IMG/VR virus record: IMGVR_UViG_3300016466_000012 | Location: 1 to 41,840 of that record | Reading direction: 5' to 3' (one strand) | From: a virus | Lineage: Duplodnaviria; Caudoviricetes | Length of the DNA stretch: 41,840 bases | The notes under the pieces: model-generated | Told to the model about the DNA's origin: nothing | The model's input: only the letters and a program-made list of their open reading frames with translations | Databases searched by the model: none | In this document: one piece after another, positions 8,447 through 15,233 of the stretch | How the letters are laid out: every line of letters starts with the position of its first letter | Numbering within the stretch: position 1 is the stretch's first letter | Program-made: the position numbers and the translations under genes

Positions 8447-8601
8447 TTTGTCTCCTCAATGATTTCACCGTGGAAATCGAATGTCCAACACCATTCGTTA
8501 CCGCATGAGCAGTAGCACTCAAAGACATTGATGCTGCCCCACTCGACGAACATATCAAACTCGTCGCCATTGCACTTGGGACAGGCAAGGTCTTCTCTCA
8601 T
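8443..8601 (-). CDS. 52-aa zinc-ribbon-like protein (not in ORF track)
   Basis: MREDLACPKCNGDEF...ECYCSCGNEW; coupled at both ends. Confidence 0.7.
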   Translation of the reverse strand: MREDLACPKCNGDEFDMFVEWGSINVFECYCSCGNEWCWTFDFHGEIIEETK

Positions 8602-8765
8602 GTGCAACTCGTCGTGACATTGCCATTTGGCTGCTGGCAGACCAGGCAGCTAACGAACTGCCCATTGATCAGATAGGTCTGCGTCCAGCACTGCACAGCA
8701 TGGGCATTGTTGTACAGAAACAAGCCAATTAGTGCGCCCACAACAATCCAACAATTAGTCTTCAC
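8598..8765 (-). CDS. 55-aa secreted Cys-rich peptide (not in ORF track)
   Basis: AAGGAG RBS, GTG start, signal peptide ending AHA, mature VQCWTQTYLINGQFVSCLVCQQPNGNVTTSCT. Confidence 0.7.
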   Translation of the reverse strand: MKTNCWIVVGALIGLFLYNNAHAVQCWTQTYLINGQFVSCLVCQQPNGNVTTSCT

Positions 8766-8961
8766 GAAAGTCTCCTTGGGTCATCTTTTGCATTTCCAAC
8801 TCATGCAGGTCGTTCGCAATCCCTTCAAGGTATCGCGCCACTCCCGACCAAGGGCGCGGGTCGTACGGAGCGCCTTCCAATAGCGTTTGTGGTGGGTAGC
8901 AGATTGAGCGCACTGATATGCCATAGCGGTTATCCCCTGTCCTGAAGTCTGTCTGCTTCAT
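8755..8961 (-). CDS. Hypothetical protein
   Basis: MKQTDFRTGDNRYG... fills the gap between neighbours; start uncertain. Confidence 0.4.
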   Translation of the reverse strand: MKQTDFRTGDNRYGISVRSICYPPQTLLEGAPYDPRPWSGVARYLEGIANDLHELEMQKMTQGDFRED

Positions 8962-9214
8962 AGTCCGCCAATTCGGACAGGTATTGTTCAAATGCTTCAA
9001 GTAGTAGTCCGCCAACGGCCTCGAAGTCTCGCTGCTTGACTGCCGAAAGAATCGCGTTGTCATCTTTGATTTCTTCTCCGTAGATAGCAAGGAACTCAGG
9101 GAACAATGCTTTGCGGTCGTAATTCTTGTAAAGACGTTCAGCATCCTTTTCCCATTCTGCATCACGAAATGCTTTTTCTACATAAGGGGCTTGCAGCCAG
9201 CTGTCGTAGCTCAT
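8930..9214 (-). CDS. Hypothetical acidic protein
   Basis: MSYDSWLQAPY...; ATGA-coupled to the upstream ORF. Confidence 0.65.
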   Translation of the reverse strand: MSYDSWLQAPYVEKAFRDAEWEKDAERLYKNYDRKALFPEFLAIYGEEIKDDNAILSAVKQRDFEAVGGLLLEAFEQYLSELADYEADRLQDRG

Positions 9215-9387
9215 AATCCCCACCGAAGATGGTTAACGATTCCTCTGCAAGCGGCTGCGCGCTCATCTTGCCCATTTTCTGCATATCCATCTGCCAACGC
9301 ATCGATGAACTCCAAGATGCGTTCACGCTCACGAAGCATTGCATCAGCCTTCTCGTTCATTGATTTCAACATCTGTTCTACAGTCAC
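9211..9387 (-). CDS. 58-aa first gene of the leftward operon (not in ORF track)
   Basis: GGAGG RBS, GTG start, MTVEQMLKSMNEKADAMLRERERILEFIDAL... Confidence 0.7.
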   Translation of the reverse strand: MTVEQMLKSMNEKADAMLRERERILEFIDALADGYAENGQDERAAACRGIVNHLRWGL

Positions 9388-9420
9388 TTTAGCCTCCGTT
9401 GTTGTTGTGCTGCGGAGTCC

Positions 9421-9485
9421 ATCATCCGGATTTTTTTCTGCGTGTCAACACTTGTGCTGAACTTTTTTTGTGGCACACTTGTGCC
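9421..9485. promoter_or_regulatory. Divergent promoter region with operator-like repeats
   Basis: Leftward TTGACA-16-GATGAT (9448-9421); rightward TTGTGC-16-CACACT with TGn; ACACTTGTGC at 9448 and 9475; palindrome GGCACA-CT-TGTGCC at 9472-9485. Confidence 0.6.
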
Positions 9486-9502
9486 TCCCATACGGAGGAA
9501 CC

Positions 9503-10462
9503 ATGCTCATCACACAAGATGAAGTTGACCGCTATGTGCCGCCCAAGACGGCTCTGGCTATCAAGTCAGCGGACTTGTACGCAGATGACGTAATTGAAGC
9601 CTTTTTGAATCCGACTGTGGCGCAAGGGGCTACATTGCCGTGGCCGAAGACTCACGAGAATCTTCGCTTCCGTCCGCAGGAGGTATCGCTATGGATGGGT
9701 ATAAACGGCCACGGAAAGTCGATGATGACCTCTCATGTGATGCTGGACATACTGTTTCAAGGTGAGACAGTCTGCATTGCATCTTTTGAGATGAAGCCTG
9801 TAGCTACACTCAGGCGTATGACTCGTCAGGCACTAGGCTTTGCTAGTCCTACTGAGTCATTCATTAAGCAGTTCCACAAGTTCCTAGATGGTCGCCTATG
9901 GTTGTATGACCAGCAGGGCACGGTAGACGGCAAGGAACTGCTAAAGGTCATCCGCTACTGTGCTGACGTTAAGGGTATCAATCACTTTGTGGTCGATAGC
10001 TTGATGAAGACCGTCAAGAATGAGGATGACTATAACGGTCAGAAGATGATGGTAGACGAACTCACTTCTATCGCTCGTGACCACAATATCCACATTCACC
10101 TGATTCACCATAGCCGCAAACTTGCTGACGAAACACAAGTGCCTGGGAAGTACGACAGCAAGGGTTCAGGATCCATTACGGACCAAGTTGACCAGTGCTT
10201 TTCCGTTTGGCGCAACAAAAAGAAAGAGGCTCGCGTAGCCAGAGGTGAAGAAGATGACGGTGTGGACGCTCTATTGGTATGCGATAAGAACCGTCATGGC
10301 GAGTGGGAGGGTCGCATCGGACTCTACTTCAATTCAGAAGGACAGTTCTATGGAGAAACTGAATCATGGAGACCGAGGTACACCGACAAAATCGACAAGC
10401 TATGCCAACAATCGCCAGATTCGTTGACGAATGTCGTTCAGTTTTCGGCGAAGTCAAAGTAA
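9503..10462 (+). CDS. SF4 (DnaB/T7 gp4-like) replicative helicase, no primase domain
   Basis: Walker A GINGHGKS, SFEM, Walker B FVVDSL, IHHSRK, KGSGSITDQVD, KNRHG; GGAGG RBS. Confidence 0.9.
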   Translation: MLITQDEVDRYVPPKTALAIKSADLYADDVIEAFLNPTVAQGATLPWPKTHENLRFRPQEVSLWMGINGHGKSMMTSHVMLDILFQGETVCIASFEMKPVATLRRMTRQALGFASPTESFIKQFHKFLDGRLWLYDQQGTVDGKELLKVIRYCADVKGINHFVVDSLMKTVKNEDDYNGQKMMVDELTSIARDHNIHIHLIHHSRKLADETQVPGKYDSKGSGSITDQVDQCFSVWRNKKKEARVARGEEDDGVDALLVCDKNRHGEWEGRIGLYFNSEGQFYGETESWRPRYTDKIDKLCQQSPDSLTNVVQFSAKSK

Positions 10463-10477
10463 GGTACGCGAGAGAAA

Positions 10478-10882
10478 ATGGAATCGAACGGGGAAATGCG
10501 GTTCGTAGTGTATTCGATGGAACACCTGAAAGCGGCTTTCTCGGCTGCGAGTCGGGCTTTGACTGGCGACTGCTTTGTGCTGACATTGCAGAGAGAGAAA
10601 GAAAAGAGAAGGAACGCGCAGAACAGGAGATATTGGGCAGTGCTGCACGAAATCGCCGAGCAACTAAATATAAGTGACGTAGAGGCTTGGCATGAATGGG
10701 CAAAGCGAAGATTCATAGGAGTAAAAGAAGTTTCCTTGCCAGACGGTGAGATTGTGGCAGTAGGCAAATCAAGCACAGAACTATCTGTCAAAGAGTTTGC
10801 CGACTACATGACAAGTATCGAAGCATGGGCAGTGGACCAGGGCGTAATCTTCAATGAGCTTCCTTCTTCAACACCTTCTTGA
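10478..10882 (+). CDS. NinB/Orf-like recombination protein
   Basis: RRNAQNRRYWAVLHEIAEQ, STELSVKEFADYMTSIEAWA. Confidence 0.8.
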   Translation: MESNGEMRFVVYSMEHLKAAFSAASRALTGDCFVLTLQREKEKRRNAQNRRYWAVLHEIAEQLNISDVEAWHEWAKRRFIGVKEVSLPDGEIVAVGKSSTELSVKEFADYMTSIEAWAVDQGVIFNELPSSTPS

Positions 10883-11144
10883 GTACCACGAACACGCAAA
10901 GCTGTTTCCTAAGAAACAGAAGTTTTCTACAAACGAACTCGCACTGCTAAGAGCCTTGAGCGAAGAACCTCAAACCACCAAAGAACTAGCAAAAAAGGTT
11001 GGTGTTCAATCGACAACAGTTGGACGGCTCATCACTCGACTCAACGAAGAATATGGTGGAATTGAAGTTCAGTCTTTCGGACGATCAGCGCCTTCCCTAT
11101 ACTGGCGTTCCGAAGGCTTTACCGCGATCTATGACGAAGTCTGA
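10854..11144 (+). CDS. Winged-HTH protein
   Basis: PQTTKELAKKVGVQSTTVGRLITRL. Confidence 0.65.
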   Translation: MSFLLQHLLEYHEHAKLFPKKQKFSTNELALLRALSEEPQTTKELAKKVGVQSTTVGRLITRLNEEYGGIEVQSFGRSAPSLYWRSEGFTAIYDEV

Positions 11145-11409
11145 AAAACAACACATGAACAAGGTTGCAGAGTTGGGATGTGTCCTCTGCAAACATCTAG
11201 GCTTAGGAGAAACTCCAGCTGAGTTGCATCATCCTCGTACCGGAACTGGTGCAGCACTCAGGGCAAGCAATTGGGATGTGATCCCACTGTGTCCAGAGCA
11301 CCATCGTGGAAACACTGGATTGCATGGCATGGGACGCAAAGCATTTGAGCGTTACTATGGGATCACAGAACTTGGACTACTTGATAAGGTTAAGGAATGT
11401 CTGCGCTAG
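11131..11409 (+). CDS. Ref-like HNH nuclease
   Basis: VAELGCVLC, AELHH, VIPLCPEHHRG. Confidence 0.8.
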   Translation: MTKSEKQHMNKVAELGCVLCKHLGLGETPAELHHPRTGTGAALRASNWDVIPLCPEHHRGNTGLHGMGRKAFERYYGITELGLLDKVKECLR

Positions 11410-11618
11410 ACACGCAAATCGGTGGTACGCACTACAAGAACTTTGTAATCGAACCAATCGAGTTCATTCACAAAAACAAGATTGGATTCTGCGAGGGCAA
11501 CGCTATCAAATATCTAGTGCGGTGGCGTGAGAAGGGTGGCAAGCAAGACCTTCTGAAAGCCAAGCACTACATTGATTTGCTACTGGAAATGGAAGATGAG
11601 CGCGTTCAGCCGGAATAA
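11397..11618 (+). CDS. DUF3310 (SaV / T7 gp1.7-like) protein
   Basis: QIGGTHY, EGNAIKYLVRW..KGG.QDLLKAKHY. Confidence 0.85.
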   Translation: MSALDTQIGGTHYKNFVIEPIEFIHKNKIGFCEGNAIKYLVRWREKGGKQDLLKAKHYIDLLLEMEDERVQPE

Positions 11619-11997
11619 GGGGAAGCGCGGAGAACTAGCCGTCTGTCACATAATCTTTGAGTTGACAGGATGGAACGCTCAGAGACGAGTCAAGAATGAC
11701 CACGGTGACTCTGATCTGATTGGTGTTCCTGGTTGGTCAGTAGAAGTCAAGGATCATGCCAAGTCTACCCTCGGAGATGTACGAGAGTGGTGGGCACAGG
11801 CTTGCCACCAATCCAATGGATTAGTTCCGCTGCTCGTTTACAAACGTCAGCGTGGCGAATGGAGGGCCGTCTATCCACTATGTGTTCACCTAACAACCCA
11901 GGAAGCAGACTGGTGGAAAGATTTTGACTTTACAGTAGAAACTTCAATGGAAGGATGGGCAGCCACGGCAAGGGAGATTTGCAGTGGGTGTGATTGA
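11596..11997 (+). CDS. PD-(D/E)xK Holliday-junction resolvase-like nuclease
   Basis: SRNKGKRGE, SDL, VEVK. Confidence 0.75.
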   Translation: MSAFSRNKGKRGELAVCHIIFELTGWNAQRRVKNDHGDSDLIGVPGWSVEVKDHAKSTLGDVREWWAQACHQSNGLVPLLVYKRQRGEWRAVYPLCVHLTTQEADWWKDFDFTVETSMEGWAATAREICSGCD

Positions 11998-12505
11998 GCG
12001 TATGACCCGAGCAACAACGAGTACCAATCTTAAGTGCGATGAGCTGCACTTTGACGCTGATCTGATTGCAAGCAGTGGATTTGTGGCAAGGCGAAGAGGA
12101 CTAGGAGCCTTGGCGTTTTGGTCCAAGTATGCACAGGACAATTCCAAAACGAAGGAATTGCTGCGAGAGCTGATGACACAGTTCGTCGGTAAGAAACGCC
12201 AGGAGAGATCGCACCTGCCCAAACGTATGCTTCACGACATCGCAGAAGCAGCTCTCTGCTACTGGCTAACAGATGTCTGTCGATCATGTAAGGGCGTGAA
12301 ATTTGAGGCTCAAAACCAGGTGCTTACGGACAAGGTTTGCAAGCGTTGCCGTGGAACAGGCAAAGAAGCGCCTCCTGCGGCACAAAACTGTGGCATTGAC
12401 TTAGATAATAACCGCTTTCGAGAAGAGTTTTCAGACTGCATCGAAATTTTGCACCATGCATTTATGGACTATGCATCCAGACTTGCAAGGAAAGCGAAAC
12501 GGTGA
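11984..12505 (+). CDS. Q-like late antiterminator (zinc finger)
   Basis: CRSCKG...CKRCRGTG; last gene of the nin-like operon, upstream of a promoter-terminator pair. Confidence 0.7.
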   Translation: MGVIERMTRATTSTNLKCDELHFDADLIASSGFVARRRGLGALAFWSKYAQDNSKTKELLRELMTQFVGKKRQERSHLPKRMLHDIAEAALCYWLTDVCRSCKGVKFEAQNQVLTDKVCKRCRGTGKEAPPAAQNCGIDLDNNRFREEFSDCIEILHHAFMDYASRLARKAKR

Positions 12506-12511
12506 TATTGT
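12483..12511 (+). promoter_or_regulatory. Sigma70-type promoter driving the non-coding structured region
   Basis: TTGCAA-17 nt-TATTGT with extended -10 TG; predicted start near 12518. Confidence 0.7.
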
Positions 12512-12517
12512 TGTAGT

Positions 12518-12900
12518 GTCTGATCTGGCAGTCAGGCATTCATCCATACCCCGGTGTAGTGATAGGGGCTTGTGTGGTCACAACGCATATGGATGAGTGC
12601 CAAGTGATTGCCCAAGCCAAGGGCCAAGCCTCTATCAGTACATTGGGGTTTTTCTTTGGATCAGACCGTACTGTCCGCGTAGCAATGCGCCTGTAGGGGG
12701 CGGCTGACAAGAGAACCCGAGCGCCATTACCCAGCGCAGCTAGGCTTCCATAGGCACTAGCACGAACGAGGACGGCATTTTGATGCACGGCGATTAGCAC
12801 CCGTAAGGTGGCCTCGGAAGAAGAATATGGCCCGAGAGGGAGATAGGATTTTTATCCTATAGGTCTTTTGATTCAGGGGGATCAAAAGCCTTGGGTTTCC
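12518..12900 (+). ncRNA. Putative large structured non-coding RNA with attenuator-like 5' domain
   Basis: No credible ORF; helices 12527-12548/12588-12612 and 12549-12572/12625-12648; 12518-12526 pairs with 12658-12666; several downstream hairpins, two with GNRA loops. Confidence 0.6.
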
Positions 12901-12902
12901 TA

Positions 12903-12931
12903 TTGACTAAAATAAATCAACAACCTATTAT
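12903..12931 (+). promoter_or_regulatory. Late promoter (pR'-like)
   Basis: TTGACT-17 nt-TATTAT. Confidence 0.75.
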
Positions 12932-13001
12932 CGTGCCAAGAACTATAACTATCTTGACTCAACCATAGTTGTGGTTCGCTTGCCCTCCGCGTAGTAAATT
13001 A

Positions 13002-13025
13002 ACCCGCTTCGGCGGGTATTTTTTT
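13002..13025 (+). terminator. Intrinsic terminator (tR'-like)
   Basis: ACCCGC-TTCG-GCGGGT followed by A and T7. Confidence 0.85.
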
Positions 13026-13036
13026 GGGAGAAGATC

Positions 13037-13168
13037 ATGCCGATGGTCGGAAAGACTAAGTACCCTTACACCGCTGCCGGTATGGAAGCCGCTAAGAAAG
13101 CTGCTGCCAAGAAAGGCAAGCCTATGGCTAAGACCACCTGGAAGCTTGACGGGAAGAAAAAGAAATGA
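13037..13168 (+). CDS. 43-aa Lys/Ala-rich basic protein (not in ORF track)
   Basis: MPMVGKTKYPYTAAGMEAAKKAAAKKGK...; GGAG RBS. Confidence 0.75.
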   Translation: MPMVGKTKYPYTAAGMEAAKKAAAKKGKPMAKTTWKLDGKKKK

Positions 13169-13323
13169 AGATGACCAAAGCTGAGAAGAAGGTTGGCAAG
13201 GTAATGCGCGAGTACAAGAAGGGTGAGCTGCATTCGGGTAAGGGTGGTAAGGTAGTAAAGTCTCCGAAGCAGGCTATTGCAATTGCTCTGTCTCAGGCTG
13301 GAATGTCGAGGAAGAAGAAATGA
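13165..13323 (+). CDS. 52-aa basic protein, DUF6496-like (not in ORF track)
   Basis: KVGKVMREYKKGELHSG...KQAIAIALSQAG; ATGA-coupled. Confidence 0.8.
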   Translation: MKMTKAEKKVGKVMREYKKGELHSGKGGKVVKSPKQAIAIALSQAGMSRKKK

Positions 13324-13463
13324 AACCTGGTCTCTACGCAAACATCCACGCAAAGCGCAAGCGTATCGCTGAAGGATCGGGCGAGAAGATGCGGAAGCCT
13401 GGAGCTAAAGGCGCACCTACAGCCAAAGCATTTAAGGCTGCTGCGAAAACGGCCAAGAAGTGA
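13320..13463 (+). CDS. 47-aa basic protein (not in ORF track)
   Basis: MKPGLYANIHAKRKRIAEGSGEKMRKPGAKGAPT...; ATGA-coupled. Confidence 0.8.
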   Translation: MKPGLYANIHAKRKRIAEGSGEKMRKPGAKGAPTAKAFKAAAKTAKK

Positions 13464-13621
13464 CAATCATCTGGTTCAATCTATGGCTGCTCTCAAATGG
13501 GCATCTGCTATTGATTGAAACCTTTGATACGCTTGAGCAGTGTCAGGAGTATCGACAAGAAATCGAAACTAAGGAACCCGGTGATTATTATTGCCGATGG
13601 GTGCAAATGGATAAAACATGA
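13460..13621 (+). CDS. 53-aa hypothetical protein (not in ORF track)
   Basis: MTIIWFNLWLL...FDTLEQC...YYC; GTGA and ATGA coupling. Confidence 0.6.
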   Translation: MTIIWFNLWLLSNGHLLLIETFDTLEQCQEYRQEIETKEPGDYYCRWVQMDKT

Positions 13622-13968
13622 ACGGGCTATCACTTGAAAAACTACTGCTGATGTTTGGTGGTAAAGGTATGGCCCCATATGGTCTGCGCGAAGGCTCTGG
13701 AATGCCGAAGGGACTCGGATTCCTCGGGCCTGTGATGGGCCGTGAAGGTGTATCCACTGAATTATCAGCAGAAGATGAAAGCGGCGAATATCCGCTTATG
13801 GTTCCTACGCTGACAAAAAAGGAATTGAACCTTCTGCTGTCTGGTCGGAAGATTCCTGATGAACTTTATAACAAGGCTCGGATGTGGGCTGAGTCTCGCC
13901 GCAGGATGGGCAAAAGCCCGTTTGCTACGCCACAAGATATTCGTATGCCTGCCGGACTATTGGACTAA
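13618..13968 (+). CDS. Hypothetical phage protein
   Basis: 116-aa coupled ORF, PKGLGFLG..STELS..YPLMVPTLT. Confidence 0.65.
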   Translation: MNGLSLEKLLLMFGGKGMAPYGLREGSGMPKGLGFLGPVMGREGVSTELSAEDESGEYPLMVPTLTKKELNLLLSGRKIPDELYNKARMWAESRRRMGKSPFATPQDIRMPAGLLD

Positions 13969-13970
13969 TC

Positions 13971-14453
13971 ATGAAGTGTCCTATCGCCACACAAGATATT
14001 CATATCAATCTAAAGAACCGCAATAAAGCGTTCAAGGAATATGGCTATGGCCCTGCCAATCCTGAGATTGAGGACGATGAGTTCTGGAATGCTCGTGCAA
14101 AGGAATGGAACACTTCAGTAGATAATGCAAAGACTATGCGCTGTGGAAACTGCTCTGCATTCATCCAAACTCCTGACATGATGGAATGCATCATCAGTGG
14201 CATTCAGCAAGAAGAATCCGATGATGAGACATATGCTAACGAAGTAGTCGATGAAGCTGATCTTGGATACTGCGAGTTATTTGAGTTCAAGTGTGCTGCT
14301 GATCGCACTTGCTCTGCCTGGCTGGTTGGCGGTCCTATTACAGAACCGATGACTAGCAAACAAAAGGCCATGCTTAAGTTTGCAAAGATGGATTACGAAG
14401 AGGAAGAAGAAGATGAAGACTCCGGCATGGACGAGGAAGGCAGGGAAAGCTAA
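13971..14453 (+). CDS. Cys-rich protein with HiPIP-like cysteine pattern
   Basis: CGNCSAF...GYCELF...TCSAW. Confidence 0.55.
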   Translation: MKCPIATQDIHINLKNRNKAFKEYGYGPANPEIEDDEFWNARAKEWNTSVDNAKTMRCGNCSAFIQTPDMMECIISGIQQEESDDETYANEVVDEADLGYCELFEFKCAADRTCSAWLVGGPITEPMTSKQKAMLKFAKMDYEEEEEDEDSGMDEEGRES

Positions 14454-14712
14454 GTCTGGTGGACTAAACGAGGCCGGACGAAAGTCTTATGAAAGAGCCA
14501 ATCCAGGTTCTGATCTTAAGCCTCCTGTGCGTTCTGGCGACAATCCTCGCCGCGCAAGTTTTCTGGCTCGTATGGGGAATATGGCTGGGCCTGAGTACAA
14601 AGATGGCAAACCTACTAGGCTTCTTCTTTCGCTAAAGGCATGGGGAGCATCGAGCAAAGCAGATGCAAAGAAGAAAGCTGCTGCCATTTCAGCTCGTAAT
14701 AAGAAAAAGTGA
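14413..14712 (+). CDS. Basic protein, DUF6321-like
   Basis: AWTRKAGK..GGLN..GR, RRASFLARM, LSLKAW. Confidence 0.7.
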   Translation: MKTPAWTRKAGKAKSGGLNEAGRKSYERANPGSDLKPPVRSGDNPRRASFLARMGNMAGPEYKDGKPTRLLLSLKAWGASSKADAKKKAAAISARNKKK

Positions 14713-15233
14713 GGCACACATACGGTGTTGAGAACCTGATCGTTAGATCATGGGGAGAGGATGCAGAGCTTTACATCGGCTCGTTCACATCCATAGCCGA
14801 TAATGTCGAAGTGTTTTTGGGCGGAAACCATAGGACTGACTGGATCACTACTTATCCATTTGGTCACATTGGAAACTGGAAGTGGCACGGCAAAGGTCAT
14901 CCAGCTACGAAAGGCGATGTTGTCATAGGCAACGATTGCTGGCTTGGATCGGGATGCACAATCATGAGTGGGGTGACCATTGGGGATGGTGCTATTGTTT
15001 CAGCCAAGGCAGTTGTCACAAAAGACATTCCGCCCTATTGCATCGCCGCAGGCAATCCTGCTCGCGTGGTCAAGCAAAGATTTACGGACGAACAGATTGC
15101 ACGACTACTTGATTGCCCGTGGTGGCAGTTAACGGACGAAGAGATTGAAGAGCTGATTCCGCTTCTGTGTTCAGATCGTGTCGAGGAACTGATTGAAAGA
15201 CTTGCCAGAAACACTACACCTGGGGTCCGGTAA
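14709..15233 (+). CDS. Hexapeptide-repeat O-acetyltransferase (CatB/Vat-related fold)
   Basis: IGSFTSIA, GGNH..DWITTYPF, IGNDCWLG, IMSGVTIGDGAIV, GNPARVVK. Confidence 0.9.
   Translation: MRHTYGVENLIVRSWGEDAELYIGSFTSIADNVEVFLGGNHRTDWITTYPFGHIGNWKWHGKGHPATKGDVVIGNDCWLGSGCTIMSGVTIGDGAIVSAKAVVTKDIPPYCIAAGNPARVVKQRFTDEQIARLLDCPWWQLTDEEIEELIPLLCSDRVEELIERLARNTTPGVR

Noticed and set aside
12540-12800. 86-aa minus-strand ORF
   Set aside because: No clear RBS, opposite to local transcription, no recognisable motif; the region is better explained by RNA structure.
12518-12900. tRNA, tmRNA, CRISPR array or self-splicing intron
   Set aside because: No cloverleaf or T-loop, no repeat-spacer periodicity, no interrupted gene and no group I/II core motifs that I could recognise.
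14709-15233. Chloramphenicol or streptogramin resistance gene (catB/vat)
   Set aside because: The hexapeptide fold is shared with many sugar O-acetyltransferases, and the late-operon context beside a methyltransferase does not support resistance.
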